A DNA stretch of 64,000 bases from Chrysomallon squamiferum (taxonomy: Eukaryota; Animalia; Mollusca): positions 14,074,001 through 14,138,000 of the forward strand of contig CM022668.1 in NCBI GenBank assembly GCA_012295275.1, in the 5' to 3' direction. The translations under genes were made by a program, and so were the position numbers. The notes beneath the pieces are model-generated. The model was not told where the DNA came from. It worked only from the letters and a program-made list of their open reading frames with translations, and ran no database searches. The stretch's first letter is position 1, and each line of letters begins with the position of its first letter. Of this stretch, positions 50,782 to 64,000 are shown in pieces.

Positions 50782-51882
50782 CTGAAGAGAAAACAGAGAG
50801 ATTTAGAAAAACTACTGAGTTATATTTTAATATATAAACATATACACACACACATATTTACATACATACATATATACATACATACATACATACATTCATA
50901 CATACATACATACATTAATACATACATACATACATACATACATTCATACATACATACATATATTCATACATACATACATACATACATACATACATTCATA
51001 CATACATACATATATACATTCATACATACATAATACATTCATACATACATACATACATACATACATACATACATACATACATTCATACATACATACATAC
51101 ATACATACATTCAAACATACATACATACATACATACATTCATACAAATATGTATATATACATACATACATACACATATATACAACACGGATTCATACAAC
51201 ACACACACACACACATACATACACACACACATACAAGACAGACAGACAGATAAAAAGGCAGATAAAAAAGGCAAATAAAAATCAAGAGAAAAAGAAAAAA
51301 ATGTAGGAGAAGAATGAAAGAAAGGAATAATTCAAGAAACAAAGAAGAAGAAATACAAAAAAAGCGAAAGAAAAGAAAAATAACAAGAATGGTGATTGTC
51401 TAACAAAATAAAAGGAAATAAATTTCGAGAACACTGAACAAAGACATTTTATTATTATTTTTAAATAATAATATATTTTTTTTAATGTTTTTTTTACATA
51501 AAAAAAAAAAAGAAGAAATATTACATCCTTAAAAATATTAATTTAACATAAAACTTAAAACCTAAGTATAAGACGAAAAGAAAAATCGAACTTTTATTAT
51601 CACTATAACGACATTAACATAATTATATACTTTGCAAAAATAATTTCGCTGAAATAAGTATGATTCACAATTCGTTATCTGAGATCGATGATGACTGTGG
51701 TAAAACATAACATCACGAGAAAATAGATTAAGACTTTATTTCGTTTGCAGACAGTAATCTCTCAGTTTTATTTTAAAGCAAAAGCCATTACGTGTTATGA
51801 CGTAGACTTGCAAACGACAGCGCTGTATGACGCCGATTTAGGAACTACTACAACAACGTCTGTTAAATTATTAACGATCGTA

Positions 51883-51919
<37 letters not shown>

Positions 51920-51939
51920 GTAATGTATTTTTAGTATGT

Positions 51940-52450
51940 TCATTTACGTTATTTTTACTGATATTTTATTTTAGACTTTTTTCCGATATATTATTATTTA
52001 TGTATTCTTACCGATATATTATTTTTTACCTATTTGTACTAATATATTGACTTAGATTTTTGCTTATATATTATTATTTACATATATTTACCGATATTAT
52101 TTTACGTATTTTTACTGATATTACTTTACGTATTTTTACTGATATTATTTTACGTATTTTTATCGATATTATTTTACGTATTTTTACCGATATTATTTTA
52201 CGTATTTTTACCGATATTATTTAACGTATTTTTACTGATATTATTTTACATATATTTACCGATATTACTTTACGTATTTTTACTGATATATACCTTCACG
52301 TATTTTTACCGATATTATTTTACGTATTTTTACTGATATTATTTTACGTATTTTTACTGATATTATTTTACGTATTTTTACTGATATATACCTTCACGTA
52401 TTTTTACTGACGTATTATTATTTGCGTATTTTCACTGATATATTATTCAT
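51940..52450. repeat. 24-bp minisatellite GATATTATTTTACGTATTTTTAC(C/T), roughly 20 degenerate copies
   Basis: Direct reading; most regular at 52093-52400. Confidence 0.9.
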
Positions 52451-53450
52451 ATTAAACGCAGCTATGGTAGTGATGATAATGGCTGCCGTTTTAGTCCTAA
52501 TAGTAAAAAATAATGGTACTAGTGTTAGCATAGTTGTATTAGTGGTGACGACTGTAGTGGTAGTGGTGGTGGTAGTGGTAGTAGTAGCAGCAGCAGCAAT
52601 AGCAACAGCAGAAGTAGTAGCAGTAGTCGATCATTTTGAAATATTAAAGACTAAATAATTGAAAAAATAAGCAAACAAATAAAAAAGAAAAGAAAAGAAA
52701 TTAGCCTCGAGAATTACAAAAATAAAAATAAAGAATTATAAAAATAAAAAGCACAAGTTAAAAAGGAAACACAAAAGAAAAGGAAATTAAGAAGAAAAAG
52801 AAAAATCCAAAATCAAAATTCAAAATTTCTTAATAATTACATCTCAAAGAATTAGAATAGTTTCTACTTTAAACAGTCCATCTAGTCTTGCCTTTGTTAA
52901 CAACGACTCTTCCCATTTTGCATTTTAAAACGAATAATAAGCAATTTCAATCTATCTCTGTTCTCGTTTATAGACCAGTCGGAGAAACAAAACGAGAATG
53001 ATCAAACTGCATTCAAAAGGAATTTAATTCAGGATAATGAAAAGGCCACGAGCACGATTTGAAGCTGGATTAAGTAAGATTCGGCACGACAAGGAGAAAA
53101 TAATAATAATAATAATAATTAAGAGAAAAAAAGGTTTTTGTTATCGACATGTAAAGGAAAACAAAGTGAAGTATGTTCATGCTGAAAATCTGGAAACGAG
53201 TTACAAAAGGGTGCCCCAAATACAGAACAGCCAAAGTCTTTATTATTATTTAAGTGTATTGAAAGAATAAGAAAGATAGTGAGAGATGCAGAGACACGTT
53301 TTAATGTTAGAAAACAGACCGCAAATAAATAGAGATTTCTTAAGATATAAACACGAGAGAAAAAGAAAAGCAGAGAACAAGAGGTCTCAGATAAAAATAG
53401 AGACATTGTGTGGGATGTCCAGATAACTGAAAGAGAAAGAAAGAGGGAGG

Positions 53451-53535
<85 letters not shown>

Positions 53536-53751
53536 ACTTGAGTATTCGCTTGTTATATTATTATATATTCAACGAGTAAGACAGGTCAGTTTTTATGGGT
53601 GTCTCTGACCAGTATGCAGAAAATGAATACTTAATTCTCTGTCACCATATCAGTAATAAACTGAAATGTACTAGGATCTATATGTATATATATATATGTA
53701 TGTATGCGTGTATGTATGTGTTTGTGCGTGTGCTTTTGTGTGTATATATAT

Positions 53752-53810
<59 letters not shown>

Positions 53811-54618
53811 AAGACAAATAAGAATTTAGATACGTAAAAAAAAGGAGCAAAATCTAAACGAAATATCACTTAAATCACATTACGAATTTAAACAAATTTA
53901 GAAGGAATCGCAATACAATAATGAAACAGAAAAGGAACACAAAATAAAACAAAAGGAAACTGAAAATTAAGTCCTTTAATAAAATATGTGTTTAATGCAA
54001 TCTGTATATTTTTGTAAGGGCGTTCTTAATTTTTAACGTAAGGAAGGAAAATAAACCAAAAAAAAAATAATGAACGTACTTAAATATTTGTTTCTAGTTA
54101 ATACTTTTTTTTTTATCAATATTAAAGACAAAACGTATTTATAAACTTTTTAAAAATACCTGCACTATTTTTTTGATTGTATTGTCTGTTTTTATTTGTG
54201 TATTTTTTTTTTTTTTTTGTTTTTACTGTAGTCGTTTTAAAACGATTCTAATGTTATTACATAAAGCAAATATTTGCTACTTCTTATGATGAATGGGAAA
54301 GAAACGACCAAAAACCAGGTCCAATATTTTTCATTCTGTACTTGTTTTTTTGTTGTTTTTTTTTCTTTTCTTTCTTTCAGATTATTTTTAGTGCATTCTT
54401 TATTTTTCTTTATTTTTTATTATTCTTTTCTTTCAGTCTTTATCGTTATTGTTTGCTTTCATTCATCATTCTCTTTATTTTCTTCTTTCATTTTTTCTAT
54501 TTTTCTCTTGCTTTTTCTTTCTTTTATTCTTTCATTCTTTCTTTCTTTATTTTTCTTCAGTCTTATATATATAAAATTAAAAACAAAACATATTTACTTA
54601 CAAAAACCAACACTTTAA

Positions 54619-57444
54619 CTAACCTCTAACAAATTCGTCGTTTTGCTTAGAGTAACAGTAAAAGCTATCTCGCTGTTTTTCACATTCAGCATCAAACGGG
54701 GAATTCCCTTTCCTAGAACACCGCCTAAATCTTTTCGAATTTTCTCTGGCCTCACTTTCGCAAGCCGCCGTCTGCGTTAGGTCACCATGACAACGTCCAC
54801 AAGCATTCCTTCCGAGACTTTCCCCATTGACATCCGACTTGGCCCAGTTCGACCAAAGAATTTTGGAATTTCTGAAATGAGAGCCTCGGTTTAAATGTCC
54901 CAGTGACGGGAAGAAAACTTGGTCATTTCCGTCTCGTGCCAGTTCGTCTTGGTTCTTTGCTGTCTTCAAATGGGTTCCAGTGTTCCTGTCCGACTGATGC
55001 CCGCGCAAACCGAGAACATTCAGCTCTTTGTCTGTGCTGTCAGAATCGCTCAAATCAACCGATGTGTTAAGAAAATGTCTTTCACTCTTTGTGACGTAAC
55101 GTCTGCGGTTTAAAGATCTCGGATCATCTGAACCGAATTTGGTTTTGGTTCCATCTTGATTAGCAATACATTCTTTTAAACGGTGACTCGAACATTGTGT
55201 TTCGTTAGTACTGAAACAGGTTTCGCTTTCATCTAGATGTTTGTTGTATCCTCGTTTTATCCCGTGTTTGAGAGGTTTTGTGTCATAAGAGTTTAAACTG
55301 GTATGGGTTTTATCCAGATTTGTTTTATATTCTCCTTCTGCGCCCTTTGTAAGAGATTCTGTATCATTTGTACATAAACTGGTTTCGGTTTCGTTATCAG
55401 CTTGATCTCTACTGTAGTCAAGTCTACTATAGTCTGGTATGGTCTCGTGTGAAAGTTTGTGTTCTTTTGGCTTTGGTTTTTGTTTCACTGGCCTTATATT
55501 TGTGTTACTTTCAACTGGATAATTCTGTAAAATATTCCCAGTTTCATGTTGCTGAATATTAGGAGAGTTACTGCGTAAAACATTAAAGGAATAATTTTCT
55601 AGATCATCTGAATCGGTTGGACGTAAAACATTTTGTTTATAGTTGAAAACATTTTCCGTGCTATTGTGCAAAACATTCGTTGTTTTATTTTGCAAAACAT
55701 TCGTTGTTTTATTCTGCATAACATTCGTTGTATCATGTTGTACCAAAATGTTCGTTGTATTACACAGTGATTCGTTCAGTCTATAATTGTGCGAAACATT
55801 CGATGTACCACGCAGTAAAACATTCTGTGTTTCGTTTTGCAAAACATTTGGTGTACCACGTAATAAAATATTTTGTGTTTGAGTTTCTTTTTGCACGGCA
55901 TCCCTCGACTCGTCTGAAACTTTTGTTGTGTTATGTTTTAAAGCGGCGAGTGTATTTCTTTCTGAAACATTCAGTGAATCATTTGGTGCATCATTTTCAG
56001 AAACAACTGATGTATTCGAATTAACTTGTTCTCCGTTTGAACCAGACTTTTCATTCCACCGTGTACGTCTAGCAGAACTGTCAGTCATTTTTCTGTTTTG
56101 AAAAGAATTATCTCCCTCTACGCCTGAAGAGTCACACGCTTTGAAATCAGTGGCTTCGTTTTTACCAAAACTCAAAGCCGAGTCGTAAATGCTTCCCGCG
56201 ATAACATTATAATGTGAGCAAACGTTTGGCTCAAAACAGTGTTTTGAGTCATCAGCTTGTTCGATACTGATTGTGATGTTAACTTTCTTAAAATCGAGAG
56301 AGCGATTTGAATCAGAAGTCAGTTGCTTGTCGCAAGCAGGTTTTGTCCCTTCAATGCACGCGGAATCGTTGTAACCCAGGCTTGACTGGGCAACGTAGTT
56401 TGAGTCAAAGTTCAAACTGCTGCCGCAGACGTCACGAATGAATTTATTTCTCGGAGCTGTCGGATTTTCCAGACTCAGATGAAGAGTTCCTTTGGGAGAT
56501 CGAACCATTTTGTTCTTCTTCTTGGAACGCGACGAACTTTCGTCTGCTGACTGCGATTTCGCGACGGTGTTGATGACTCTTTGGACTTTGTTTGGAGTCT
56601 TCTCATCTTTGTCCAGCTTCAACTGTCGTCTTGCTTTTCGCAGAAAAGCGAAAATATTCGACACGACGCCAAACGACTTGTTTGTCTGCGTCTCCTCGCT
56701 AATGGGTGGCAACGTTCGACCGGCAGCAGAGGTTGAAGCTGATGATGTTGATGATGATGATGATATCGATGACGAATCATCGTCTTCTCTTTCGTCGTAC
56801 GCTTGGTTTGAGTAAGCAAGTCCTAAAGAAGAACTAAGCCCAGCTATGTCAGCCATGTTTAGCTTCAGCTGCGACAGACGCCGAGCTCTGTAACCAGGTC
56901 CAGTCTCGTGATCCGGTGATTCGATTCTCAAGGACCGTTTCAAGTAGTCGAGAGGCATCGAGTAAGTGTTGCAGAGATTGGACGAGATCCTCGGACGCTT
57001 GACGTCAAGGTTCAAGGCCGCATAGTCGAGGAACGCTGTCCTCTTCTTCAGAACCCTCCGATGATGTCGCCAGAAGGAGAAGGCAAGAAACAACACCATT
57101 GCTACCGCGACTGCAACTGACGGAAGCCAAAGACGGTGATACGTCGATTCCGTGTCCTCGTTGTAAGTGATCTGGGAGTCAGGCGTTTGTGAGAGAGAAG
57201 ACATCGGCAGGGAATCTTGTGAGACAGAATCCTCAGTGATCGAACCTTCTTCTGCGAGTGATGACGGTGAAGTCAAATCCTTCGTGACTGGAGTTAGTGA
57301 AACAGAGACAGTGCTGTACGACATGTCAGCCCGTGAGATGAAGTCCCGTGAGACAGAATCCTGTGAGACAGAGTCCCGTGAGACAGAATCCTGTGAGCCA
57401 GGAGTCTGTGAGACAGAAGGCTGTGATATACCGTTGCTAGGCAT
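54619..57444 (-). CDS. Uncharacterised single-pass membrane protein (941-aa ORF; ~981 aa if spliced at 54624 to 50781)
   Basis: A 2.8-kb stop-free, non-microsatellite ORF in AT-rich DNA. Ser/Thr/acidic N-terminus with SQDSV/SRDSV repeats, no evident signal peptide, TM segment aa ~105-125 (LWLPSVAVAVAMVLFLAFSFW, 57070-57132) followed by RHHRRVLKKR (positive-inside), and a long low-complexity tail with TxNVLxN octapeptide repeats (~55520-55880). No domain recognised. Confidence 0.85.
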   Translation of the reverse strand: MPSNGISQPSVSQTPGSQDSVSRDSVSQDSVSRDFISRADMSYSTVSVSLTPVTKDLTSPSSLAEEGSITEDSVSQDSLPMSSLSQTPDSQITYNEDTESTYHRLWLPSVAVAVAMVLFLAFSFWRHHRRVLKKRTAFLDYAALNLDVKRPRISSNLCNTYSMPLDYLKRSLRIESPDHETGPGYRARRLSQLKLNMADIAGLSSSLGLAYSNQAYDEREDDDSSSISSSSSTSSASTSAAGRTLPPISEETQTNKSFGVVSNIFAFLRKARRQLKLDKDEKTPNKVQRVINTVAKSQSADESSSRSKKKNKMVRSPKGTLHLSLENPTAPRNKFIRDVCGSSLNFDSNYVAQSSLGYNDSACIEGTKPACDKQLTSDSNRSLDFKKVNITISIEQADDSKHCFEPNVCSHYNVIAGSIYDSALSFGKNEATDFKACDSSGVEGDNSFQNRKMTDSSARRTRWNEKSGSNGEQVNSNTSVVSENDAPNDSLNVSERNTLAALKHNTTKVSDESRDAVQKETQTQNILLRGTPNVLQNETQNVLLRGTSNVSHNYRLNESLCNTTNILVQHDTTNVMQNKTTNVLQNKTTNVLHNSTENVFNYKQNVLRPTDSDDLENYSFNVLRSNSPNIQQHETGNILQNYPVESNTNIRPVKQKPKPKEHKLSHETIPDYSRLDYSRDQADNETETSLCTNDTESLTKGAEGEYKTNLDKTHTSLNSYDTKPLKHGIKRGYNKHLDESETCFSTNETQCSSHRLKECIANQDGTKTKFGSDDPRSLNRRRYVTKSERHFLNTSVDLSDSDSTDKELNVLGLRGHQSDRNTGTHLKTAKNQDELARDGNDQVFFPSLGHLNRGSHFRNSKILWSNWAKSDVNGESLGRNACGRCHGDLTQTAACESEARENSKRFRRCSRKGNSPFDAECEKQRDSFYCYSKQNDEFVRG

Positions 57445-58364
57445 ATATATCTACATTACATCATCACTGTCTTTGTTATGAATCGCATTGCTCAGAATGG
57501 AATCACCTGAGAATCGATTATTTGTTTTCACTCCATTAGCTCAATTTAAAAAGAAAAAAAAAAAAAAAAAAATGTCGGACATAGTTTTCGCGGTATGTTA
57601 TGTGTAGAGATAATTATAAGAATCAATCCTGAAGGAAAATATTTGAAAAAAAATAAATAATAAAGCTTCAACATTTATAAAGTACACCCCACTTGTGAAA
57701 CGGAAAGCACATCCTGTTTGTCAACATATTTACATTTTAGAAAATCACATCTTAAAAATCAAAAATATTTTATACACAGAAGATTGTAAGAGACATATAA
57801 AAAGATGTAGTTTGTTAAAAAAATATATATATATAGTTAATAGATTACATAAAATATGTAAAATAGAGTGTTTTGTTAAAAACTGTTTGGAATATTACAT
57901 TCTAGGTGCAAAAATGACGTAATTAGTCATAAACAGTTTACAGTTACAAATTAAAGTCTGTATGTAAAAATGACGTTGTTTCATTCAAAAAAAAAAAAAC
58001 AGTTAGAAAATTACATTTTGAATGTAAACTGACGTATATTACGAAAATAAATAAATAAATAAATAAATAATAGATTGTTAAACGACGTACAGTTCAGAAC
58101 AACTCATATAAATGTAAAACCTTTTACAGTCACAAAAAATATCAACATAACATACACGCTTTCAACTTATGAATTTACAGTTCACCTTACATATAAAACT
58201 GTTTAAAGTTCAGAATCATTGGAAATCTATTTAAATTTTTTTTTCTTCTCTCTAAATTATACTTCTTTTTCCTAGTTTCAAATCATCACTAATTTAATGG
58301 AATAAAACTAAGACAGCGCAAAAAAAAAACACATAAAGTTATAGACTTCGATTAGTTGACACGT

Positions 58365-58658
58365 TTATGTTAAAAGCAAAATCGAAAAATGCATCATTAC
58401 TGAATAACAGTCAAACAAAACAATGCTGAGAGCAATCTGTGTTAAAGGATATTATTTTATATTAAAATTTTGTGTTTTATAAGTTGTTTGGTTTTGAAAG
58501 GAGAAAACAAACAGCCAAGTTCACACAATTATGGTTAAAAACAAGATCGAAAAATGCATCATTACTGAGTAACAGTCCAACAAGACTATTTTAAAGAGTA
58601 TTATTTTATAATAAAATTTTACGTTTTATAAATTTTTGGAAGCAGAAAATCAACAGCC
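58365..58658. repeat. Imperfect tandem duplication, ~165-bp period
   Basis: ATCGAAAAATGCATCATTACTGA.TAACAGTC at 58381 and 58546; both copies end ...AACAGCC. Confidence 0.8.
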
Positions 58659-59275
58659 GGGTTTGGGTGACTGCAGAAATATTTATCTCCGAAATAATAT
58701 TAAAAATACATTTAATTAATTATATTTATTTTTTTTAAATAATAATATTAAATATATTATAAATATAGGGTTTTAAAAAGACTATTGTAATTCAAAGAAA
58801 TCTTTTGGTTCCGGACGAAACCAATTACTTTTAAATTATTAAATATAATGTTTTGAAAAAAATGAACCCATTAAATGATATATATTTCTATATTAAAATT
58901 TTATATTTCGAAAATTAAAAAAAAAAAAAATTAAAAGAACATTTCGCTTCATTGTAAAATATTTACTTTGAATATTATAAATAAAAAAATAAAAATAAAT
59001 GACCTATATCTTTTTTATATTGAAAATACAGTGTTTTGGAATTACAGTGGTGAAGTTTATCTATATGGGTTTATCTGAATAAACTGCATTTTTAATCTAC
59101 AGTCATGCAAGTAGAATAATTTACAAATAATTTTTGTTCCAAAACATTATTACTTACAAAAAAAGAAAGATAGTTTTGTTATAGAGAGGCTTTTTCAATA
59201 CACAATACGTCTGAAGAAAATCCAGTTTATTATAATTATAATTATATTTATATTTATTATTATTATTATAATTAA

Positions 59276-59336
<61 letters not shown>

Positions 59337-60451
59337 TAAATATTAAAGTAAGCAAAGTAACAGATATAATCTTCAAAGATAATAAAAGTACCATCACTTA
59401 GAAATCATTTCATAATTTAGATGAGAATTTGGTTTTTAAAAAATAATATTGAAATAAAATAAAATAAAATAAAGCAAATGAATTATTACTGGAAAATATT
59501 ATAAAGATATGTGTTAAAGTGAAAGGTTTTGGTTTAGAAAAATGTTTAAAATATCACTTGAAATTACAGCTCTTTTAAAACAAGGGATCTTTTTTTTTTA
59601 CTTCTAAAATAAAATTTCTTTTTAAATTATACTAAAAAAAAAACATATCCTTTTAAATATTGTTAAAACAATATTTCTTTTTACACAGTATATTTAAAAA
59701 AAAAAAAAATTTAGTTGTATCCACAAATTAAAAATTATAATCTTAAAATAATACTAATTTTTGTCCATAATATTGAAATATTTTTTAAAAAATAACTATT
59801 ATATAACATTAATTATTTATCCATAACATTATCAAAATTTTAAAATAACATTAAATTAATGTTTACTTTCAAATACAATATTGACATTAAATACAATTAA
59901 ACAGTTATAAATAATACACATATACGTATGCTATTATTGAGTCCTTTATTTCAGGCAATGATGCCATTTCTCAAAACTTTTGATTTTTCTGAGCAAAGAT
60001 TAGTTTTTTCAAATCAAAGCAAAAGAACAAAATTATACCCATTAATGAATGTTGTAAATAAAAGAAATTCTGAAATTCTGTTTGATTTTCGGATGGAAAA
60101 TCTTCACAAAGAATCGTTCTGTTTTCTGTTTTGTTTCTGATGTATCAAAGTCATTTGAAATTCGGTTTCAAAGAACTCCTAGCTGTTTGTCAACGTTATT
60201 GCAAAGCAGATGTTGTCTTTGTGGCAAAAAGATATTAAAGTAACTAATAGCTAAAATGATGTTTGAATTTTACAAAATAATGTTTAGATTTTTGCTTTAA
60301 AACGAAAGCAGTGGATGGAAAATATAACTTCAGTGTGATGATGACAATAATAAACAGTTAATAATAACAATATTATTATTAATAATAATAATAATAATAA
60401 TAATAGTAGTAATAGTAGTAGTAGTAGTAGTAGTAGTAGTAGCAATAATAA

Positions 60452-60508
<57 letters not shown>

Positions 60509-62558
60509 GTAGTGGGATGGGATGATGAAAACAACAACAACAAAAAATAGCAACAACAACAGTAATAATAATAATAATAATAATAAAATAGTATTTCTTT
60601 ATAATTCCTAACCAATACTACCGCAGAGATAGCACTGAAGTATAAACGGTAATATTTTCAAAACACAAGAACACGATATGCTCATTCAGAGCACTTTCAG
60701 AAATAATTAAGCAGTTGAAGAACGATGAAAGAAATCGCAGGATGTTTAAAACAAATCCTATTTGTTCCAAAATGAAGAACTGAGCACTGAAAACGTTAAA
60801 CACTGAACCACAGGTTTAACTGAGAAAAGTGAAAAACGAAAAGCGAAATCAGTTTGCCTCTGAAGACATCAGTTTGAAATTCACGTCAGAAATTAAAAAA
60901 AAAAAAATAATAATAAAAAATTTTAATCAGATTATTTTTATCCGCATTCGTTCACATTTTTCTGTTACTTCACAATATGAAACGACGTTGACATCGTCGT
61001 CATTGACAACAAATAGTTTTAATGTAATATATTCAGAATCCCAGTCACTGACAGCAACGTTGTTCCTACGTTGTCATCATCATTTCTTTTACCAAGCAGT
61101 TGTTGTTGTTGTTGTTTTTCTTCTCCAAAATCATTTCCAGTACATCTGTTACTTACTTTCTGACATTGCATTTGTCGACATCATCAACAACGTCTTAACT
61201 GAACTTTTGTATTTGTAGTCAGTCACACCGTCTCTGTTACTTATTATACAACGTTGTTGTCATCGTCGAAAAATCCTTTGACCATCTGTAACCTGTTCAA
61301 TGTAATTTTTATAGATTTTAAAATTTTTAATTTTTTTTATAACAATTTTTATAACTATAGATGTCGACAACAAAGTCTTCATTGGCACATTAAACAATTT
61401 GATCTATATTGCTGAAGATTATATTAACCAACATCGTGGTTGTTGTTGTTGTTGTTGTCGATGTCATCACTAGATTCCTTTAAATTTCGTCTGAACTGCT
61501 ATCGTAATACAACCAACTTCGTGGTTGTTATTTTGGGTGTTGTTGTCGATTCCTTTTACCAAAATAGTTCTTATCTCTGATTCATTTTCTTTTTTAACCA
61601 GGAATCGTGATATTTTTATTTAAGACACAGCAAACACTGCTTTTGTTGCATTCATCGTCACTGTCCAAAAAACAATTTAATTTTATCCACTTTAAAACAA
61701 AAAAAAATTATCCTTGCTCATATCTCTCTGACTTTACTGCTTGCAACTACGTGTGTGTCGTCATCATCATCATCATCGTCACCATCATCATCTGATTTCT
61801 GTCACAAACCCGTCTTTGCTGCTAATCCTTCAGAAAGCTTCTGTCACAGTCTCCGTGTCACGTGTTTTGTTAGTTGCTGTCATTCGAACGTCACACACAC
61901 ACACACACACAAAAAACTCCTTTACCAACTTCTTCCACTAATTAATAATCCGCATCATCTCCTTTGACATCTGCATCACGCCAACGTCGTTTGCATCGTC
62001 ATCGTCATCATCGTAAGAATGAACGCCGTTGCAAGCGAGTTTCTCATATGACTCCGCGCTCGTTATTCCGCGAGTTTGATTATACACCACACCCATTTTC
62101 CATTAATGTGTTTTCGCTATTGCCTTTTATCTGCTATCCGTGTCTCAGCGTAATAGGATTAGGCAGACTCTTGTGTCTGCGTTATGTAGTCGGAAGGAAC
62201 TCAGTGGTATAATACACACACACGTGTCGATTGATGTAGACAGCATGTATAATAATACCTGCGATGACGTAAGAGTATTCTTCTTCTTCTTCTAAGTGTC
62301 TTCCTTTTATTTAAAAAATATAATATGTCGTCTGCTGCTCAGAAAAAAAATATGGTTCCTTTTTTTTTTTTTTTTTTTTTTTTTTTCAAGTTTATTTTCT
62401 GCATTACTGCTTTTTTTGTAGTTTTTTATTTCTCTCTCTTTCTTTCTTTTTAATATTCCTTTTATTTTTATTTTTTATATCATTATTTTTTGCGTGCTAT
62501 TCTCTCTTTTCTCTGAATAAATTCGAGTGGGCTTGAATATCATTGTTATTTTTTTTAT

Positions 62559-62629
<71 letters not shown>

Positions 62630-62729
62630 ATTATTATTATTAATATTATTACTATTATTATTTTCCTTTAATTATCCGATTAAAACTGATGTTAGCTCTG
62701 AACATCCCCATGTTTCTAATGGCTTTTGC

Positions 62730-62945
62730 GACATGACTCAGGTGTTTTTTTGAAAACGAATGACTTCATTAAAGGTAAATCTATGCGTAATTATTTGATA
62801 CTCTATCCTGTCTCAATTAAATTAATTTTTAGGCTGACAGCTGTCTCCGATTCCTCGAGGAATAATGTTGCCTAAGCCGGCGCGTTTTACGTCATTCGCG
62901 CATGCGCAGACGCTTTGAAGCGGTTTACGTAGCCAAAGCGTAAGT
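62730..62945. promoter_or_regulatory. CpG-rich promoter candidate with NRF1/Ewg-type palindrome, CRE-like site and AP-1 site
   Basis: GCGCATGCGC at 62898-62907, TTACGTCA at 62887-62894, TGACTCA at 62734-62740; plus-strand GTAAGT donor-like site at 62940. Confidence 0.5.
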
Positions 62946-63170
62946 AATGTAATAAACCAGCGAAACTTAATACTGTTTTATATCGAACATATTTTGATAA
63001 TGACGATGATGACGACGATGAAGCATGCAATAAAAGCATTAATAACTGTAGCATAAGTAATAGTAATCACAATAATAATAATAATAATAATGATGATGAT
63101 AATAATAATAATAATAATAATAATATAATATAATAATAATGATAATAATAATAATATAATAATAATAATA

Positions 63171-63229
<59 letters not shown>

Positions 63230-63339
63230 GCAAATTCAAATACACAGAATATATTTTACATAAACTTTCGTATTTTTCTTATAAAACAAATAACAACGAC
63301 AACAATACTACTACTACTACTACATCACTAATAGATACC

Positions 63340-63384
<45 letters not shown>

Positions 63385-63450
63385 TAAAACCCCAACATAA
63401 CAAACAAAACGTGCTTAGTTTTGTTTAATACATTTCATATTATTTCTGTC

Positions 63451-63561
63451 GTAACAAAGACACTGTAACAAAGACACTGTAACAAAGACACTGTAACAAA
63501 GACACTGTAACAAAGACACTGTAACAAAGACACTGTAACAAAGACACTGTAACAAAGACAC
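63451..63561. repeat. Perfect 14-bp tandem repeat GTAACAAAGACACT, ~8 copies
   Basis: Direct reading; no spacers. Confidence 0.95.
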
Positions 63562-64000
63562 GGAATCTCAAGCTGTTTTTCTTATTATTTTAATTCCAAT
63601 GCTACTGGGGTTAATACTCTGTATCTTGATTACATCTTTTTCTCGACGTAAAATGACAAAGAAAAAACATTGCCATTTACTGAAGGAGAATCTGAACATT
63701 CGAATGATGCATAATGCGTCAAAGATAGCATTGGTTAAAACACTACACTGAGCAGTAACAGACCCTAGGATCAAAACTGCAAAGCTCGGATTTTAATATT
63801 TTCCGATTCCACTGATTCCAATATTCAAAAACAATTCTTGGAAATTCTTCGAAACATTTTTTTTTTTCTACGCAACATTCGCTCAACTGTTTTTTTTTTG
63901 TTTTTTTTTTTTTTTCTCGATATTTTCTAAATTTTATTTCAACAGGCTTATTTCATTTATGAGAATTATTTTCTAGTGTTTTATTCATTATCTGAAATAC

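Noticed and set aside
54919-57481. Plus-strand ORFs overlapping the large ORF (54919, 55368, 55728, 56492, 57167)
   Set aside because: Antisense shadows of the minus-strand coding sequence and its repeats.
59928-61218. Short ORFs at 59928, 60618 and 60829 as transposase or gene remnants
   Set aside because: No recognisable motif; lengths are compatible with chance.
63451-63561. Regular repeats as a CRISPR array (also 51940-52450 and 38477-38529)
   Set aside because: Head-to-tail tandem units without unique spacers, no cas genes, eukaryotic context.

Overview
AT-rich eukaryotic genomic DNA, very dense in microsatellites, with GT-AG introns. It is probably from an invertebrate, but the taxon cannot be fixed from this window. 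Most ORFs in the supplied track are translations of (AG)n/(AT)n/(AC)n/(AAT)n repeats and are not genes. Supported content: (1) An N-terminal/TM1 exon of an SLC6 (sodium:neurotransmitter symporter) gene on the minus strand at 181-313. It has two candidate start micro-exons (6309-6317, 11368-11370) and a dense cluster of 11 TAATCC/GGATTA (K50-homeodomain) sites plus an RFX X-box at 7476-8011. (2) A mosaic of tandem segmental duplications (~32-48 kb) carrying five related small ORFs on the plus strand, each encoding a single-pass membrane micropeptide (36494, 39412, 42038, 44111, 46619). Three are below the ORF-track size cut-off. They show synonymous-site evidence of coding between subtypes and an excess of replacement changes within subtypes; this is the best novel-system candidate. 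(3) A large minus-strand single-pass membrane protein ORF (54619-57444) that probably splices to a terminal exon at 50657-50781 ending in a PDZ-binding-like motif; a fragment of it is copied into the duplicated array. (4) A foldback/palindromic element, a Tigger/pogo-like MITE relic, several minisatellites and an NRF1-type promoter candidate near 62.9 kb. No rRNA, tRNA or CRISPR arrays were seen. All counts were made by hand and no database searches were run.
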